A stretch of 12,223 bases of DNA from Fidelibacterota bacterium (GCA_043822705.1 JBDRBK010000034.1:1-12223), one strand, 5' to 3'. Shown: positions 1 to 8,903, counted from the first letter of the stretch. Made by a program: numbers and translations. Notes: generated by a model not told the origin, from the letters alone.

Positions 1-814
1 GTTCCTGCCCGTTTAAAATGACCTGCTTCAGATTGACTTCGACCCAGAAGATTTTCCCGGTAGCGGTTTTGGACTGCCACTCAAATAACTGGGGAACGCC
101 GGCCATGGCACGGTCAATGTACTTTTTGGCAGTGACGACGTCGTACGGCTTTGTATTGGAGCTGATATCTTCAACAAAACAGCCGATTATCGCCTGCTTA
201 TTGGCGTACTCGTACATTTCCAGCATCTTATCGTTGACATCGACAATCCGGCCGCTACCGGGCTCATGAATGAAGATCGCATCGTTGGCGGCATTGAAAA
301 TGGAACGGTAGTTATCCTCACTGGCCTGCAGAGCCTGTTCGATCTGCTGCTGGCTGCTAATGGCATCCTCCAGGCGTCGTGTACGGTCCCGGATTTCCCG
401 CTCGAACGATTCTTTACGGTGCTGCAATTCTTTCTCGTCATCCAGAATCCGCTGTGTCAGCAGTATCCGGGTCAGCAATTCCGATTGATCGACCGGTTTC
501 GTCAGGAATGTAAATACGCCGGCCTTTACCCGGTTCATCCGCTCATTGAGATCGATTTCACGTTCGGTGATTAATATCACCGGGATTTTTTTGGTCTTTG
601 GATTATCGATCAGTCGCTGACAGATCGTACACTCGCTGATTTTGGCAACGTCGATCTCGAGCAGGATCAAATCCGGTTGTTCGCGCCGGGCGATAGTGAC
701 GCATTCCGGGTTCACGTCGGCCGTTAGCAGAATCGATTCGGGTATATTATTCCCGAGAACGTCAGCAATAATGGCCGCCAATTCCAGGTCCTTCGAAATC
801 ACCAGAATCCTCAC
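1..814 (-). CDS. Signal transduction protein, 5' part (runs off the left edge): atypical receiver domain + coiled coil + PAS domain; probably a hybrid sensor kinase or GGDEF-type protein
   Basis: Not in the ORF track. Hand translation from GTG at 814 (GGGAG 9 nt upstream) is open to the window edge: MRILVISKDLELAAIIADVL...EQPDLILLEID...TKKIPVILITE...GVFTFLTKPVDQSELLTRI (receiver pattern), then ELQHRKESFEREIRDRTRRLEDAISSQQQIEQALQASEDNYRSIFNAANDAIFIHEPGSGRIVDVNDKMLEMYEY...FEWQSKTATGKIFWVEVNLKQVILNGQE (coiled coil and PAS S-box/PAC pattern). The output domain lies outside the window. Confidence 0.85.
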   Translation of the reverse strand, partial: MRILVISKDLELAAIIADVLGNNIPESILLTADVNPECVTIARREQPDLILLEIDVAKISECTICQRLIDNPKTKKIPVILITEREIDLNERMNRVKAGVFTFLTKPVDQSELLTRILLTQRILDDEKELQHRKESFEREIRDRTRRLEDAISSQQQIEQALQASEDNYRSIFNAANDAIFIHEPGSGRIVDVNDKMLEMYEYANKQAIIGCFVEDISSNTKPYDVVTAKKYIDRAMAGVPQLFEWQSKTATGKIFWVEVNLKQVILNGQE

Positions 815-985
815 TACCCTATTCTCCCGCGATCACAGCCGAAAATGAAATTTCAGCGCGCACCGCTGTCAGTTAAATTTTCCCCGCCCGTGTAAGCTAC
901 GACAAAATCCACTAATCAAACAATTACGATATTCAATCTGGATCGTGTTATTGCGCTTCGGTACCGATCCGGTTGTAAAAGCCCC

Positions 986-1705
986 TCAGCCGGTATTATC
1001 CAGCAAAAAACGCAGGTCATCGGTGGCCGTCAGTTCACGCGGGGTCAGGCCGTATCGGAACAAACGCATTGTCCGGTGACCGACCAGGGTCATATCGTTC
1101 CCCGCTATCCGCAGCAGTGTGCCTTCCCTGAGACCGATTACATATTTATCCCGATTGATTTTGATATATTCGTTGATCCGGTCCTCCCTGGTTTCACCTT
1201 TATGTCCGTCCGGGTGTGTATCCAGGTAATGAGGGTTCAATTGAAACGGCACCAGACCAAGCGCTTTCAGTGAGGGTGGTTCGACGATCGGCATGTCATT
1301 GGTGGTCGCGATGGTCGGGCAGGCAACATTCGAACCGGCACTCCAGCCGATGTAGGGCTTGCCGCGGTCGACCTCAGCCCGGATCAGATCCAGCAGATCG
1401 TAACGATACAGTTCATTCAGCAAATGAAAAGTATTGCCGCCACCGACGACGACAGCATCGGCGGAACGGATGACCGCCGATGGATCGGCGACCGAATGTA
1501 CCGGGGTCGTCTCATGACCCATCGCGGCCATACGCTCGGTTACCATCCGGGTATATTTATCCCAATCCAGCGTAACGCCGGCATATGGTACAAACGCCAG
1601 TTTAAGCCGGCGTGGTCCGAGAAATGCCTTGATAGCCTCCTTGGGATAGGCCAGAAATGTTTCCCCATAATTGGTGGAGTTGCTTAACAGCAGGATTTTT
1701 CGCAT
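986..1705 (-). CDS. pepE: Dipeptidase E (alpha-aspartyl dipeptidase, peptidase S51)
   Basis: MRKILLLSNST start, FVPYAGV, VGGGNTFHLL, nucleophile motif GWSAGSNVACPTIATTNDMP, and FQLNPHY...HKGETREDRINEY are PepE signatures. Start set at ATG 1705; ATG 1729 is an in-frame alternative. The ORF-track start at 1825 lies inside the upstream gene. Confidence 0.93.
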   Translation of the reverse strand: MRKILLLSNSTNYGETFLAYPKEAIKAFLGPRRLKLAFVPYAGVTLDWDKYTRMVTERMAAMGHETTPVHSVADPSAVIRSADAVVVGGGNTFHLLNELYRYDLLDLIRAEVDRGKPYIGWSAGSNVACPTIATTNDMPIVEPPSLKALGLVPFQLNPHYLDTHPDGHKGETREDRINEYIKINRDKYVIGLREGTLLRIAGNDMTLVGHRTMRLFRYGLTPRELTATDDLRFLLDNTG

Positions 1706-1733
1706 TTGATTACCTGGTTGTTGCGACATACTT

Positions 1734-2390
1734 TTATTTGTTGCTGGCAGTGACCTGAATTTGTGCCAGCGTTGTTTCACCCCAGCCCAATTCCAACTGG
1801 TCACCGATCGCCAGCGGTCCCACACCCGGTGGTGTGCCGGTATACAACAAATCGCCCGGCAGCAGCGGAATCCTGGCCGATAATTGTCGGATCAGTTCGG
1901 GAATGTTGAACAGCATATCGGTGGCCCGGCCCTGCTGTACGGTGGTAGCGTTGCGTTTGAGCCAGAAAGAATCCGCTAAATTCAAATCTTCCGGTTTCCC
2001 GAATCGGGTCACAAAAGCCGAATTACGAAACGACTTGGAAAGGAACCAGGGCAACTTTTTTTCCTTGAGCCGGTTCTGCAGCGCCCGGTCGGTCAGATCT
2101 AAACCGAGTCCGACCGCCGCCACATAGCGCCAGGCTGTATCGACACCGATCCGATACCCACCCGTACCGATCAGCAGAACGATCTCCAACTCATGGTGAA
2201 TTGTGCTGTCGTCGGGAAGGGATAATTCATTCCCCGACGCCAGGCAGGCACTGGATTTGGAAAAAAAGATCGCCTCCGTGGGAACTTCATTTCCCAGTTC
2301 CCGGGCATGCTCGGAGTAATTGCGACCGACGCAGTAGATATTCCTGACCGGAATCGACTCACCATCGAACAGAATGATTTGCGGTATCAT
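1734..2390 (-). CDS. Fumarylacetoacetate hydrolase family protein (FAHD1/YcgM-like)
   Basis: IYCVGRNYSEHARELGN, FFSKS, HHELEI, GLDLTDRALQ, PWFLSKSF and LPGDLLYTGTPPGVG motifs. ATG at 2390 forms an ATGA overlap with the upstream stop at 2387-2389. Confidence 0.92.
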   Translation of the reverse strand: MIPQIILFDGESIPVRNIYCVGRNYSEHARELGNEVPTEAIFFSKSSACLASGNELSLPDDSTIHHELEIVLLIGTGGYRIGVDTAWRYVAAVGLGLDLTDRALQNRLKEKKLPWFLSKSFRNSAFVTRFGKPEDLNLADSFWLKRNATTVQQGRATDMLFNIPELIRQLSARIPLLPGDLLYTGTPPGVGPLAIGDQLELGWGETTLAQIQVTASNK

Positions 2391-4363
2391 TTCCACAACC
2401 ACCTCCGGATTACATCGTATTCGGCCCTTAATTCAGTTACCGGCAGGTCAATCAGATCGTTGAAAGTAAACCGGCCGGAGTCGGTCACGCGCCCGATGGT
2501 GGTGGATGGTACCCCCTCGCCCATGCAAATCCGTTCAAATTCCATCAGATCATCCTCGCTCAGGGTGATCAGGACTACGCCCTGAGTTTCGCCAAACAGC
2601 AGTTCCTGGGGTAGTAACTTGCGGGAAAGGTGAATCCGGGCACCCAGACCAGCCGGAGCGCCGATCAACGATTTGGCGATCGCCGTCGCCAGGCCACCAC
2701 GGCCAATACTATAGGCTGACTTGACCAGACCGACTTCAATGCCTTGCACGACTGCTTCCTGCAGCCGGCGTTCCATCCCGAAATCGACCGCCGGCATAGT
2801 GCCTGCTTCCGAATTCCAGATCCGCCGTAAATATTCCGAGCCGCCCAGTTCGCCGCGCAGGCTGCCCAGAATAGCGATGAAATCGCCTTTTTTCTTGAAT
2901 TCATAGGTCGCCGGCTGGCGGTCAGACGGCAGACGGCCGAGCAGACCGATGACCGGTGTGAATGCAGAGCCCACCCCATTTTCCCGAAGATTGAAATCAG
3001 TCGGCGGCAGATTCAAACTGCGGGCGGCCTGGACGATACCCTGCGCGGCCTGTTCGAACTGCCACAGCCATTCCGGATCATAGGAGCGCAAGATCGGCAA
3101 ATCGACCACGACCCTCGTCGTGCGCCCACCGCGTGCCGCAATCCAGCGGGCCGATTCGGTGATCAGAATCATACTTCCCAGTAACGGGTCGGTCCGGACG
3201 AGGCGACTGTTGCGCCGTAATTCCGCCATCACCTGGTAGCTGCCATCGGTGGACGATGCCGTGGCAATATGCCCTTCGTGACCCGCTTGACTGTCCACGA
3301 TTTCGGCATTACTAATTAATTGGAGCAGCGAGCGGTTAAAATCCTCTTTCTCCGGTAATTCGATCGCTGACTGATTCACTGTCGCAGCTGGTTTTTGTCC
3401 CTGGTAATCACGGTAAAGGACGCCCCCCGGTGTGAACAGCAATCGCGGAATATTTACGACTGTCGTCGACTTACCGGAAATTACCAGATTGGTGCCCGTC
3501 GTTATGGCGCCGATTTCGTCAAATTCGAGTCCCGACTCCGCCAGCAGATTTTTCAGGTCCAGCTCGAAACCACTCTGCAAATGGACGAAGAATAAACGCT
3601 GATGATTGAAAAGCAAATCTTCGACTTTGACTGGTTTTACCCCTGGGCCGGCAATGGTCAGTCCGGCTCCGATCCGGTTTAAATATTCGACAATGTCATT
3701 GATGCAGTTACGGTCGGACGCCCGCTGGACTCCCATAATCCAGGGTTTCGCCACCAATAATCCCAGGGCCGCATTTACGGCGGTGGAATCGACGGCCACC
3801 GCCGGCGCTGGCCGGACCAGCACCAGTTGCCCTTTTTGCTTCGTTTTCTGATCTTCGGGAAGTATCATGCGCGAACCGACCGCCAGCAGATTTAATGTCA
3901 GTTCACCATCCGGTGCTTCTTGGATTTCCGGCTGTCCCTGAAAAATTTTCAGATCGCGGTTGATCTCGGCACTGTCCAGGATTTCCGCCACCCGCACTGC
4001 CGGTGATTTGTCAGCAACGGCCGGCCCGCTGCCATCCACCAGAACAAGTTCGGGATTAATCCCCTGACACAATAATTCCTGCAGCAGAATATTCAGCGCA
4101 GTCGCTGCGTCAGTAGCCCGTTGCCCGCCACAGATTTCCGCTAATGGACCTACTTGCGAACCGGGCCGGGAATCGTCCACATAGGGCAGCTCATCTACAC
4201 CCGTATGGGCGCGGTTGATTAAATCACGATAGGGATATTTCAGGTAAAATTCGGCCCACAGACAGGCTATTGTCCGTTCTTCCAGATCGGTGGGAATTCG
4301 TCCCAGTGTCCGGCTGACGTATTCCCGCTCGGTTGGCGATAATCTATGTTTCGGTTCTGACAT
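2387..4363 (-). CDS. PurL-like (AIR synthase-related fold) protein, highly divergent, catalytic motifs absent
   Basis: N-terminus LSPTEREYVSRTLGRIPTDLEERTIACLWAEF follows the small-PurL pattern LxxxEyxxIxxxLGRxPxxxE...WSEH. The C-terminal region is PurL-like: FKKKGDFIAILG, ELGGSEYL, LVKSAYSIGRGGLATAIAKS, LLFGETQG, IGRVT. Uninterrupted 658-aa frame. Gene symbol withheld because the SEHC, ESHNHPS and QDxGAxG motifs are missing. Confidence 0.8.
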   Translation of the reverse strand: MSEPKHRLSPTEREYVSRTLGRIPTDLEERTIACLWAEFYLKYPYRDLINRAHTGVDELPYVDDSRPGSQVGPLAEICGGQRATDAATALNILLQELLCQGINPELVLVDGSGPAVADKSPAVRVAEILDSAEINRDLKIFQGQPEIQEAPDGELTLNLLAVGSRMILPEDQKTKQKGQLVLVRPAPAVAVDSTAVNAALGLLVAKPWIMGVQRASDRNCINDIVEYLNRIGAGLTIAGPGVKPVKVEDLLFNHQRLFFVHLQSGFELDLKNLLAESGLEFDEIGAITTGTNLVISGKSTTVVNIPRLLFTPGGVLYRDYQGQKPAATVNQSAIELPEKEDFNRSLLQLISNAEIVDSQAGHEGHIATASSTDGSYQVMAELRRNSRLVRTDPLLGSMILITESARWIAARGGRTTRVVVDLPILRSYDPEWLWQFEQAAQGIVQAARSLNLPPTDFNLRENGVGSAFTPVIGLLGRLPSDRQPATYEFKKKGDFIAILGSLRGELGGSEYLRRIWNSEAGTMPAVDFGMERRLQEAVVQGIEVGLVKSAYSIGRGGLATAIAKSLIGAPAGLGARIHLSRKLLPQELLFGETQGVVLITLSEDDLMEFERICMGEGVPSTTIGRVTDSGRFTFNDLIDLPVTELRAEYDVIRRWLWK

Positions 4364-4404
4364 TAGGGGTTTTACACTTTTTCGTTGATACTGCCGATAG
4401 CCGC

Positions 4405-5055
4405 TTAAATTAATTGGTTTTTCCTGAAGACACTTTCAATCTCCGGCCAGCCGAAGCCCTTGCGGCCCAGCAAATCGATCAGCCGCTTTCTTTCCGCTGC
4501 TGTCAGCAGCCGGCCTGACGCGATCTTTTTCTTGATCAGTATCTTTTCGATGATTGCTTCACAGGCTGTTGGCGGATAGAATTCCTCTAACACCTCATCG
4601 ATAATTTTTTGATCGATCCGTGATTGGGCCAGTTCGCTGGCCAGCGCCCGCGGTCCCAGGAATTTCAGATTTATTTTATCACGGGCAAACATCCGGGCGA
4701 ATTCCTCATCATTCAGGTAGCCCTGCTCTTCCAGTCGCTTCAGTACACCGCCCACTTCCTCAATCAGCCAGCCTTTTTCCAACAGACGCTGTTGCAGCTC
4801 GCCGCGACTGCGGGCACGATAACTCAACAGATTCAGGGCCGCGTCCAACAGCCGCTGGCGGTCACTGCGGGTCAGCAGTGATTCGACCTGCTCGGCGGTT
4901 AACTCATCACCGGCATGGACCGGATCGGATAGAAAAACGTCTCCGGGGATACCGAAGACGCGTCCATCAGACAGGAAAACAGTCCGCCGGTCCCGATACC
5001 GGCGCTGAATCTCGACCCGCTCGACCTTAATCTTCAGGCTTTTCTTCCGCTCCAT
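4405..5055 (-). CDS. recX: Regulatory protein RecX (long form with N-terminal extension)
   Basis: [44 protein letters not shown] and LGRKGF repeats. Directly downstream of recA, overlapping it by 29 nt. Confidence 0.92.
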   Translation of the reverse strand: MERKKSLKIKVERVEIQRRYRDRRTVFLSDGRVFGIPGDVFLSDPVHAGDELTAEQVESLLTRSDRQRLLDAALNLLSYRARSRGELQQRLLEKGWLIEEVGGVLKRLEEQGYLNDEEFARMFARDKINLKFLGPRALASELAQSRIDQKIIDEVLEEFYPPTACEAIIEKILIKKKIASGRLLTAAERKRLIDLLGRKGFGWPEIESVFRKNQLI

Positions 5056-6052
5056 TCTCTACGCCCATGAAAGATTTCACCTGGAAAATCACTTTCGTCA
5101 GGGTGTCTTCATTGTCGCGCAGATATTTCTTGGCGTTCTCCCGGCCCTGGCCGATACGCTCATCGCCGAAGGAATACCAGGAACCGGTCTTCTGGATGAT
5201 ATCACCGGTGACGGCCAGATCGAGAATATCGCCCTCGTAAGAAATGCCGGTACCATACATGATATCGAACTCGGTATTCTTGAACGGCGGGGCGACCTTA
5301 TTTTTAACTACCTTGACCCGGACCCGGTTACCGACACTGTCACCACCTTCGGTAATGGTGGTAATCCGGCGAATCTCCATCCGCTGGGAAGAATAAAATT
5401 TCAACGCACGACCACCGGAAGTCGTCTCGGGATTGCCGAACATGACGCCGATTTTCTCGCGAATCTGGTTGATGAAAATGACGCAGGTATTGGATTTATG
5501 GACCGTGCCGGTGAGTTTGCGCAGGGCCTGGGACATCAGCCGGGCCTGCAGCCCGACAAACGAATCACCCATGTCGCCTTCCAGTTCCGCCCGCGGCACC
5601 AGCGCCGCCACCGAATCGATGACGATTACATCCACTGCTCCGCTACGGACCAGGGTCTCGGTGATTTCCAGGGCCTGTTCGCCGGTATCGGGCTGGGAGA
5701 CCAGCAACTCATCGATATCCACGCCCAGTTTCTTGCAATATTCGGGATCAAGGGCGTGTTCGGCATCGATAAAGGCCGCATAACCGCCTTTTTTCTGAGC
5801 CTCGGCCAGGATATGTAGCGCCAGGGTGGTTTTTCCGCCCGATTCCGGTCCGAAGATTTCTATGATTCGGCCCCGGGGAACTCCACCGACGCCGAGAGCG
5901 ATATCCAGCGACAGGCAACCGGTGGAAATTGTATTGGTACTTATCCGGGGTCGGTCGCTGCCCAACCGCATGATCGAACCTTTACCGAATTGACGGTCCA
6001 CCTGACTGATGGCCAGTTCCAGAGCATGGGTTTTTTTATCGTTGGTTGCCAT
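5027..6052 (-). CDS. recA: Recombinase RecA
   Basis: [11 protein letters not shown], Walker [82 protein letters not shown]. Start moved to ATG 6052 (MATND), which is preceded by CAGGAG. 341 aa, no intein. Confidence 0.99.
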   Translation of the reverse strand: MATNDKKTHALELAISQVDRQFGKGSIMRLGSDRPRISTNTISTGCLSLDIALGVGGVPRGRIIEIFGPESGGKTTLALHILAEAQKKGGYAAFIDAEHALDPEYCKKLGVDIDELLVSQPDTGEQALEITETLVRSGAVDVIVIDSVAALVPRAELEGDMGDSFVGLQARLMSQALRKLTGTVHKSNTCVIFINQIREKIGVMFGNPETTSGGRALKFYSSQRMEIRRITTITEGGDSVGNRVRVKVVKNKVAPPFKNTEFDIMYGTGISYEGDILDLAVTGDIIQKTGSWYSFGDERIGQGRENAKKYLRDNEDTLTKVIFQVKSFMGVENGAEEKPED

Positions 6053-6056
6053 AATA

Positions 6057-6644
6057 TCACTCCTGTTGTAATTGTAGTGCAAAATAATGTGTTCCCAGAT
6101 TGCTATAGACGGGACCACCTGGTAATAATTCACTGGAAATCAGGTGAATTCGGTCGGTTGTTAACGCCACCGGCTGGTACTCGGTCCGTAATATGGCGCT
6201 GATGTCCGGCGTACGTTTCTGTGGGTATTTGATCCGGGCGATCGTGATGTGCGGCTTGAATGCGGCGCTTTCGTCCGGGATGCCCAAGTCGACGACACAA
6301 TTGTGTACTTTCGTAGCCAGGTCGTGCAGCCGGTCCAACTCCCCGGTCATCCCCAGCCAGATCACCCGCGGTCGCCGCGGATCGGGAAAACAACCGGTTC
6401 CGGCCACCGCCAGCGACATCGCTTCGATTCCGCTGACCGCCTGCCGCAACCGCCGGTTGATTTCGGGAATCAGGTCGGCCGGCGTGGGACCAATGAATTT
6501 CAGGGTAAGATGAATTGAATTCATTTTAGTCCAGCGAATCGCTTTTTCCGATGCTGGAATTGTCGTCCGCAGCATATCGCAAACCGTGCCGATGCGGCTG
6601 GGCACCGCCACCGAGATAAAGGTTCTGAGCAGTCTTTCAGGCAT
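6057..6644 (-). CDS. thpR: RNA 2',3'-cyclic phosphodiesterase (2H phosphoesterase, LigT/ThpR)
   Basis: RTFISV start, two HxT motifs (HLTLKFIG and FKPHITIAR), [28 protein letters not shown] 6644 overlaps the end of cinA. Confidence 0.93.
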   Translation of the reverse strand: MPERLLRTFISVAVPSRIGTVCDMLRTTIPASEKAIRWTKMNSIHLTLKFIGPTPADLIPEINRRLRQAVSGIEAMSLAVAGTGCFPDPRRPRVIWLGMTGELDRLHDLATKVHNCVVDLGIPDESAAFKPHITIARIKYPQKRTPDISAILRTEYQPVALTTDRIHLISSELLPGGPVYSNLGTHYFALQLQQE

Positions 6645-7851
6645 TTTCAAGCTCAATTCTAACCATATTCAGGGCAACTTGGCTACTGAGACGTTTATTA
6701 ACCTGTCGATTGTAAATGAATTGCATTTTTCGTACTACGACCCGCTCCCGATAAGCCAGGCCGATGTAGACCAGCCCCACCGGCTTGGCGACGGTACCGC
6801 CCCCAGGACCGGCTATGCCCGTCGTGGCCAGACCGATATCGGCTCCAAGTTTTTCACGTACCCCCGCTGCCATTTCCCGGGCGGTCTCTTCGCTGACGGC
6901 ACCGTGGATGGCCAGGGTTTCCGGTCGCACGCCCAGCAGATCGATTTTAACGTCATTACTGTACGCGACGATCCCGCCAAGCAGATAATTCGAGCTGCCG
7001 GCGACCTGGGTCAGGCGGTGACTGATCAGTCCCCCGGTGCAGCTTTCGGCGGTGGCGATGGTCAGTCCATGCCGGGTCAACAGCCGTCCGACGACTTCTT
7101 CCAGCTTGATTTCGTCATAACCATAGATATATTTCCCGGCCCGCTCGACGATTTTTTCGATGAATTTATCCACTTCGGCCGGATCGTGACCGATCAGGCG
7201 CAAATCCAATCCGCTGAGGCGCGGCAGGAAGGCCAGCGTAACCGCGGGAAAATCGTTATGCAGATTGCCCAGCAATTCGGCCAGGGATGACTCCATGATT
7301 CCTGTAGTCCGGACCGCCCGAATGACGGTAGTCACGGCGGGTGGTCGAATTTTAGCGGCGATCGTTGCCGTGAACATGGCTTTCATCTCCATCGGGACGC
7401 CGGGCAGAATGTAGTACCGCCGATCGGCTTGCCAGAACAGGGCTCCGCGGGCCGATCCGACGGGATTCGGAATAATCTCGGTCGCTTGAGGTACCAGGGC
7501 CTGATTACGGTTGATTTCAGGGACCGGATAACCGCGACGTTCGAATCGCCGGCACAATTCTCCCCAGTAGTCCTGGTCGAATTCCAGTTTAATGCCGAAA
7601 AAATCGCTGACCGTCTGCAGCGTTATATCATCATGGGTGGGTCCCAGTCCGCCGGTGATGATCACGTCAGTCACATCGTTGGGAACGGCAGTCAGGGCGC
7701 TGACGATCGCCTGCGGGTCATCGCCCACGGTCAGGTGCCAGGCCGGCTGTTCCCCCAGGGCGGTGATTTCCCGCCCCAGCCAGGCGGCGTTGGTATCATC
7801 GATATAGCCGGTCAACAGCTCATTACCGACGGTGATAATTCCGATGCTCAT
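6637..7851 (-). CDS. cinA: Competence/damage-inducible protein CinA (MoCF-like N-terminal domain + PncC NMN deamidase domain)
   Basis: TVGNELLTGYIDDTNA, ITGGLGPTHDDIT and LPGVPMEM in the N-terminal domain; AESCTGG, YSNDVK, HGAVSEETAREMA and TGIAGPGGG..KPVGLVYIG in the C-terminal domain. ATG 7851 forms an ATGA overlap with the pgpA stop. Confidence 0.95.
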   Translation of the reverse strand: MSIGIITVGNELLTGYIDDTNAAWLGREITALGEQPAWHLTVGDDPQAIVSALTAVPNDVTDVIITGGLGPTHDDITLQTVSDFFGIKLEFDQDYWGELCRRFERRGYPVPEINRNQALVPQATEIIPNPVGSARGALFWQADRRYYILPGVPMEMKAMFTATIAAKIRPPAVTTVIRAVRTTGIMESSLAELLGNLHNDFPAVTLAFLPRLSGLDLRLIGHDPAEVDKFIEKIVERAGKYIYGYDEIKLEEVVGRLLTRHGLTIATAESCTGGLISHRLTQVAGSSNYLLGGIVAYSNDVKIDLLGVRPETLAIHGAVSEETAREMAAGVREKLGADIGLATTGIAGPGGGTVAKPVGLVYIGLAYRERVVVRKMQFIYNRQVNKRLSSQVALNMVRIELENA

Positions 7852-8306
7852 AGCCAAAAATAATGAATTAAATGGGTTAGCACCAGTGCCACCAGGCCGG
7901 CCGCAATGTCGTCGGCCATGATACCCCAGCCCCCCGGCAATTTCTGCAGACGGTTAATCGGCCAGGGTTTGGCGATATCGAAAAGGCGGAAAAAAATGAA
8001 GGCCAGCAGGCCGGCCGTAATTGTCTGTGGCAGGAACCATAAAGCCAGCCACTGCCCGGCCCATTCGTCGATGACAACAAACGACGGGTCGTGGATTTGA
8101 TATTGCCGTTCGGTCGCGGCAGCCGTAAAAATCCCCAGAATAGTGACGATCACAGTTCCCGGGACCAAAACGAAAGCGGTTAATTCGTGCGGAATCAGAT
8201 ACCACATCAGAATCGCCGCGAGACTGCCCCAGGTACCGGGCGCCCCCGGCAGTCGCCCCACCCTCCCGACGGTGGCGATCCATTCGGCTATGCGGTCTGA
8301 TCTCAC
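7848..8306 (-). CDS. pgpA: Phosphatidylglycerophosphatase A
   Basis: PGAPGTWGSL, HDPSFVVIDEWAGQ, FRLFDIAKPWPI and GGWGIMADDIAAG motifs, hydrophobic segments, position next to pgsA. GTG start. Confidence 0.94.
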   Translation of the reverse strand: MRSDRIAEWIATVGRVGRLPGAPGTWGSLAAILMWYLIPHELTAFVLVPGTVIVTILGIFTAAATERQYQIHDPSFVVIDEWAGQWLALWFLPQTITAGLLAFIFFRLFDIAKPWPINRLQKLPGGWGIMADDIAAGLVALVLTHLIHYFWL

Positions 8307-8312
8307 TGGTAA

Positions 8313-8903
8313 TCAGGAAGTCATGAATTTATAAATAATATTACGGTTCGCTTGGACATAGGTGATACCGGTTATCACGGTAAAGATAGTGGCCAGCAGG
8401 GTCAGATAGTAAATCAGATGGTACTGGATGATCATTTGTAGAATAAATCGCAGCGGTTCCAGGTTGAGTGCTTTCAAGCCCAGAAACAGCAGAATGAATA
8501 TAATGATCCCGATCTGCGTCCCGGTTTTGGCCTTGGCGATCTTGCTGGTCAACATTATGAAACCCTTGTGCGACATGACAATCCGCAGGCCGGTCACGAA
8601 CAGGTCGCGGAATATGATCAGCGCCACCATCCAGTATTCCACCACGCCGATTATGGCGAAAGAAATGAATGCCGAAGATACCAGGATTTTATCCGCCAGC
8701 GGATCGAGAAACCGGCCGGCGTTGGTGACCTGATTGTTTTTGCGGGCCAGATAGCCGTCGTAGGCATCGGTAATCGAGGCAACGATGAAAATGATCAGCG
8801 CCCAGGTCTTGGCCCAGGGATGATCGTAAAAGAGACAGATGATGAAAAACGGTGTCATCAATATCCGCAGGATGGTCAGGATATTTGGTAATGTCATGAT
8901 CAT
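8313..8903 (-). CDS. pgsA: CDP-diacylglycerol--glycerol-3-phosphate 3-phosphatidyltransferase
   Basis: LPNILTILRI and the CDP-alcohol phosphotransferase motif DAYDGYLARK..QVTNAGRFLDPLADK, plus IIFRDLFVTGLR and AKAKT..Q. ATGA overlap with the recR stop. Confidence 0.95.
   Translation of the reverse strand: MIMTLPNILTILRILMTPFFIICLFYDHPWAKTWALIIFIVASITDAYDGYLARKNNQVTNAGRFLDPLADKILVSSAFISFAIIGVVEYWMVALIIFRDLFVTGLRIVMSHKGFIMLTSKIAKAKTGTQIGIIIFILLFLGLKALNLEPLRFILQMIIQYHLIYYLTLLATIFTVITGITYVQANRNIIYKFMTS

Noticed and set aside
18..848. Short ORFs 18-269, 187-441, 266-574 and 642-848
   Set aside because: They are shadow frames of the receiver-PAS gene on the minus strand (814 to the left edge), which has clear domain motifs.
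2387..4363. Annotating this ORF as functional purL, or as a pseudogene
   Set aside because: The catalytic motifs are missing, so purL is unsupported; the frame is full-length and coupled to the next gene, so pseudogene is also unsupported.
6053..6133. N-terminal extension of RecA given by the ORF track, and a possible SOS box upstream of recA
   Set aside because: The extension overlaps thpR, and ATG 6052 has a good AGGAG site and matches the normal RecA start. I saw no CTGT-N8-ACAG or GAAC-N4-GTTC box immediately upstream, though a lineage-specific box cannot be excluded.
6586..7290. 234-aa plus-strand ORF, and other long plus-strand ORFs such as 9956-10567, 10471-11004 and 11026-11490
   Set aside because: Antisense to well-conserved cinA and dnaX, with no recognisable motifs; long antisense frames are expected with this codon bias.
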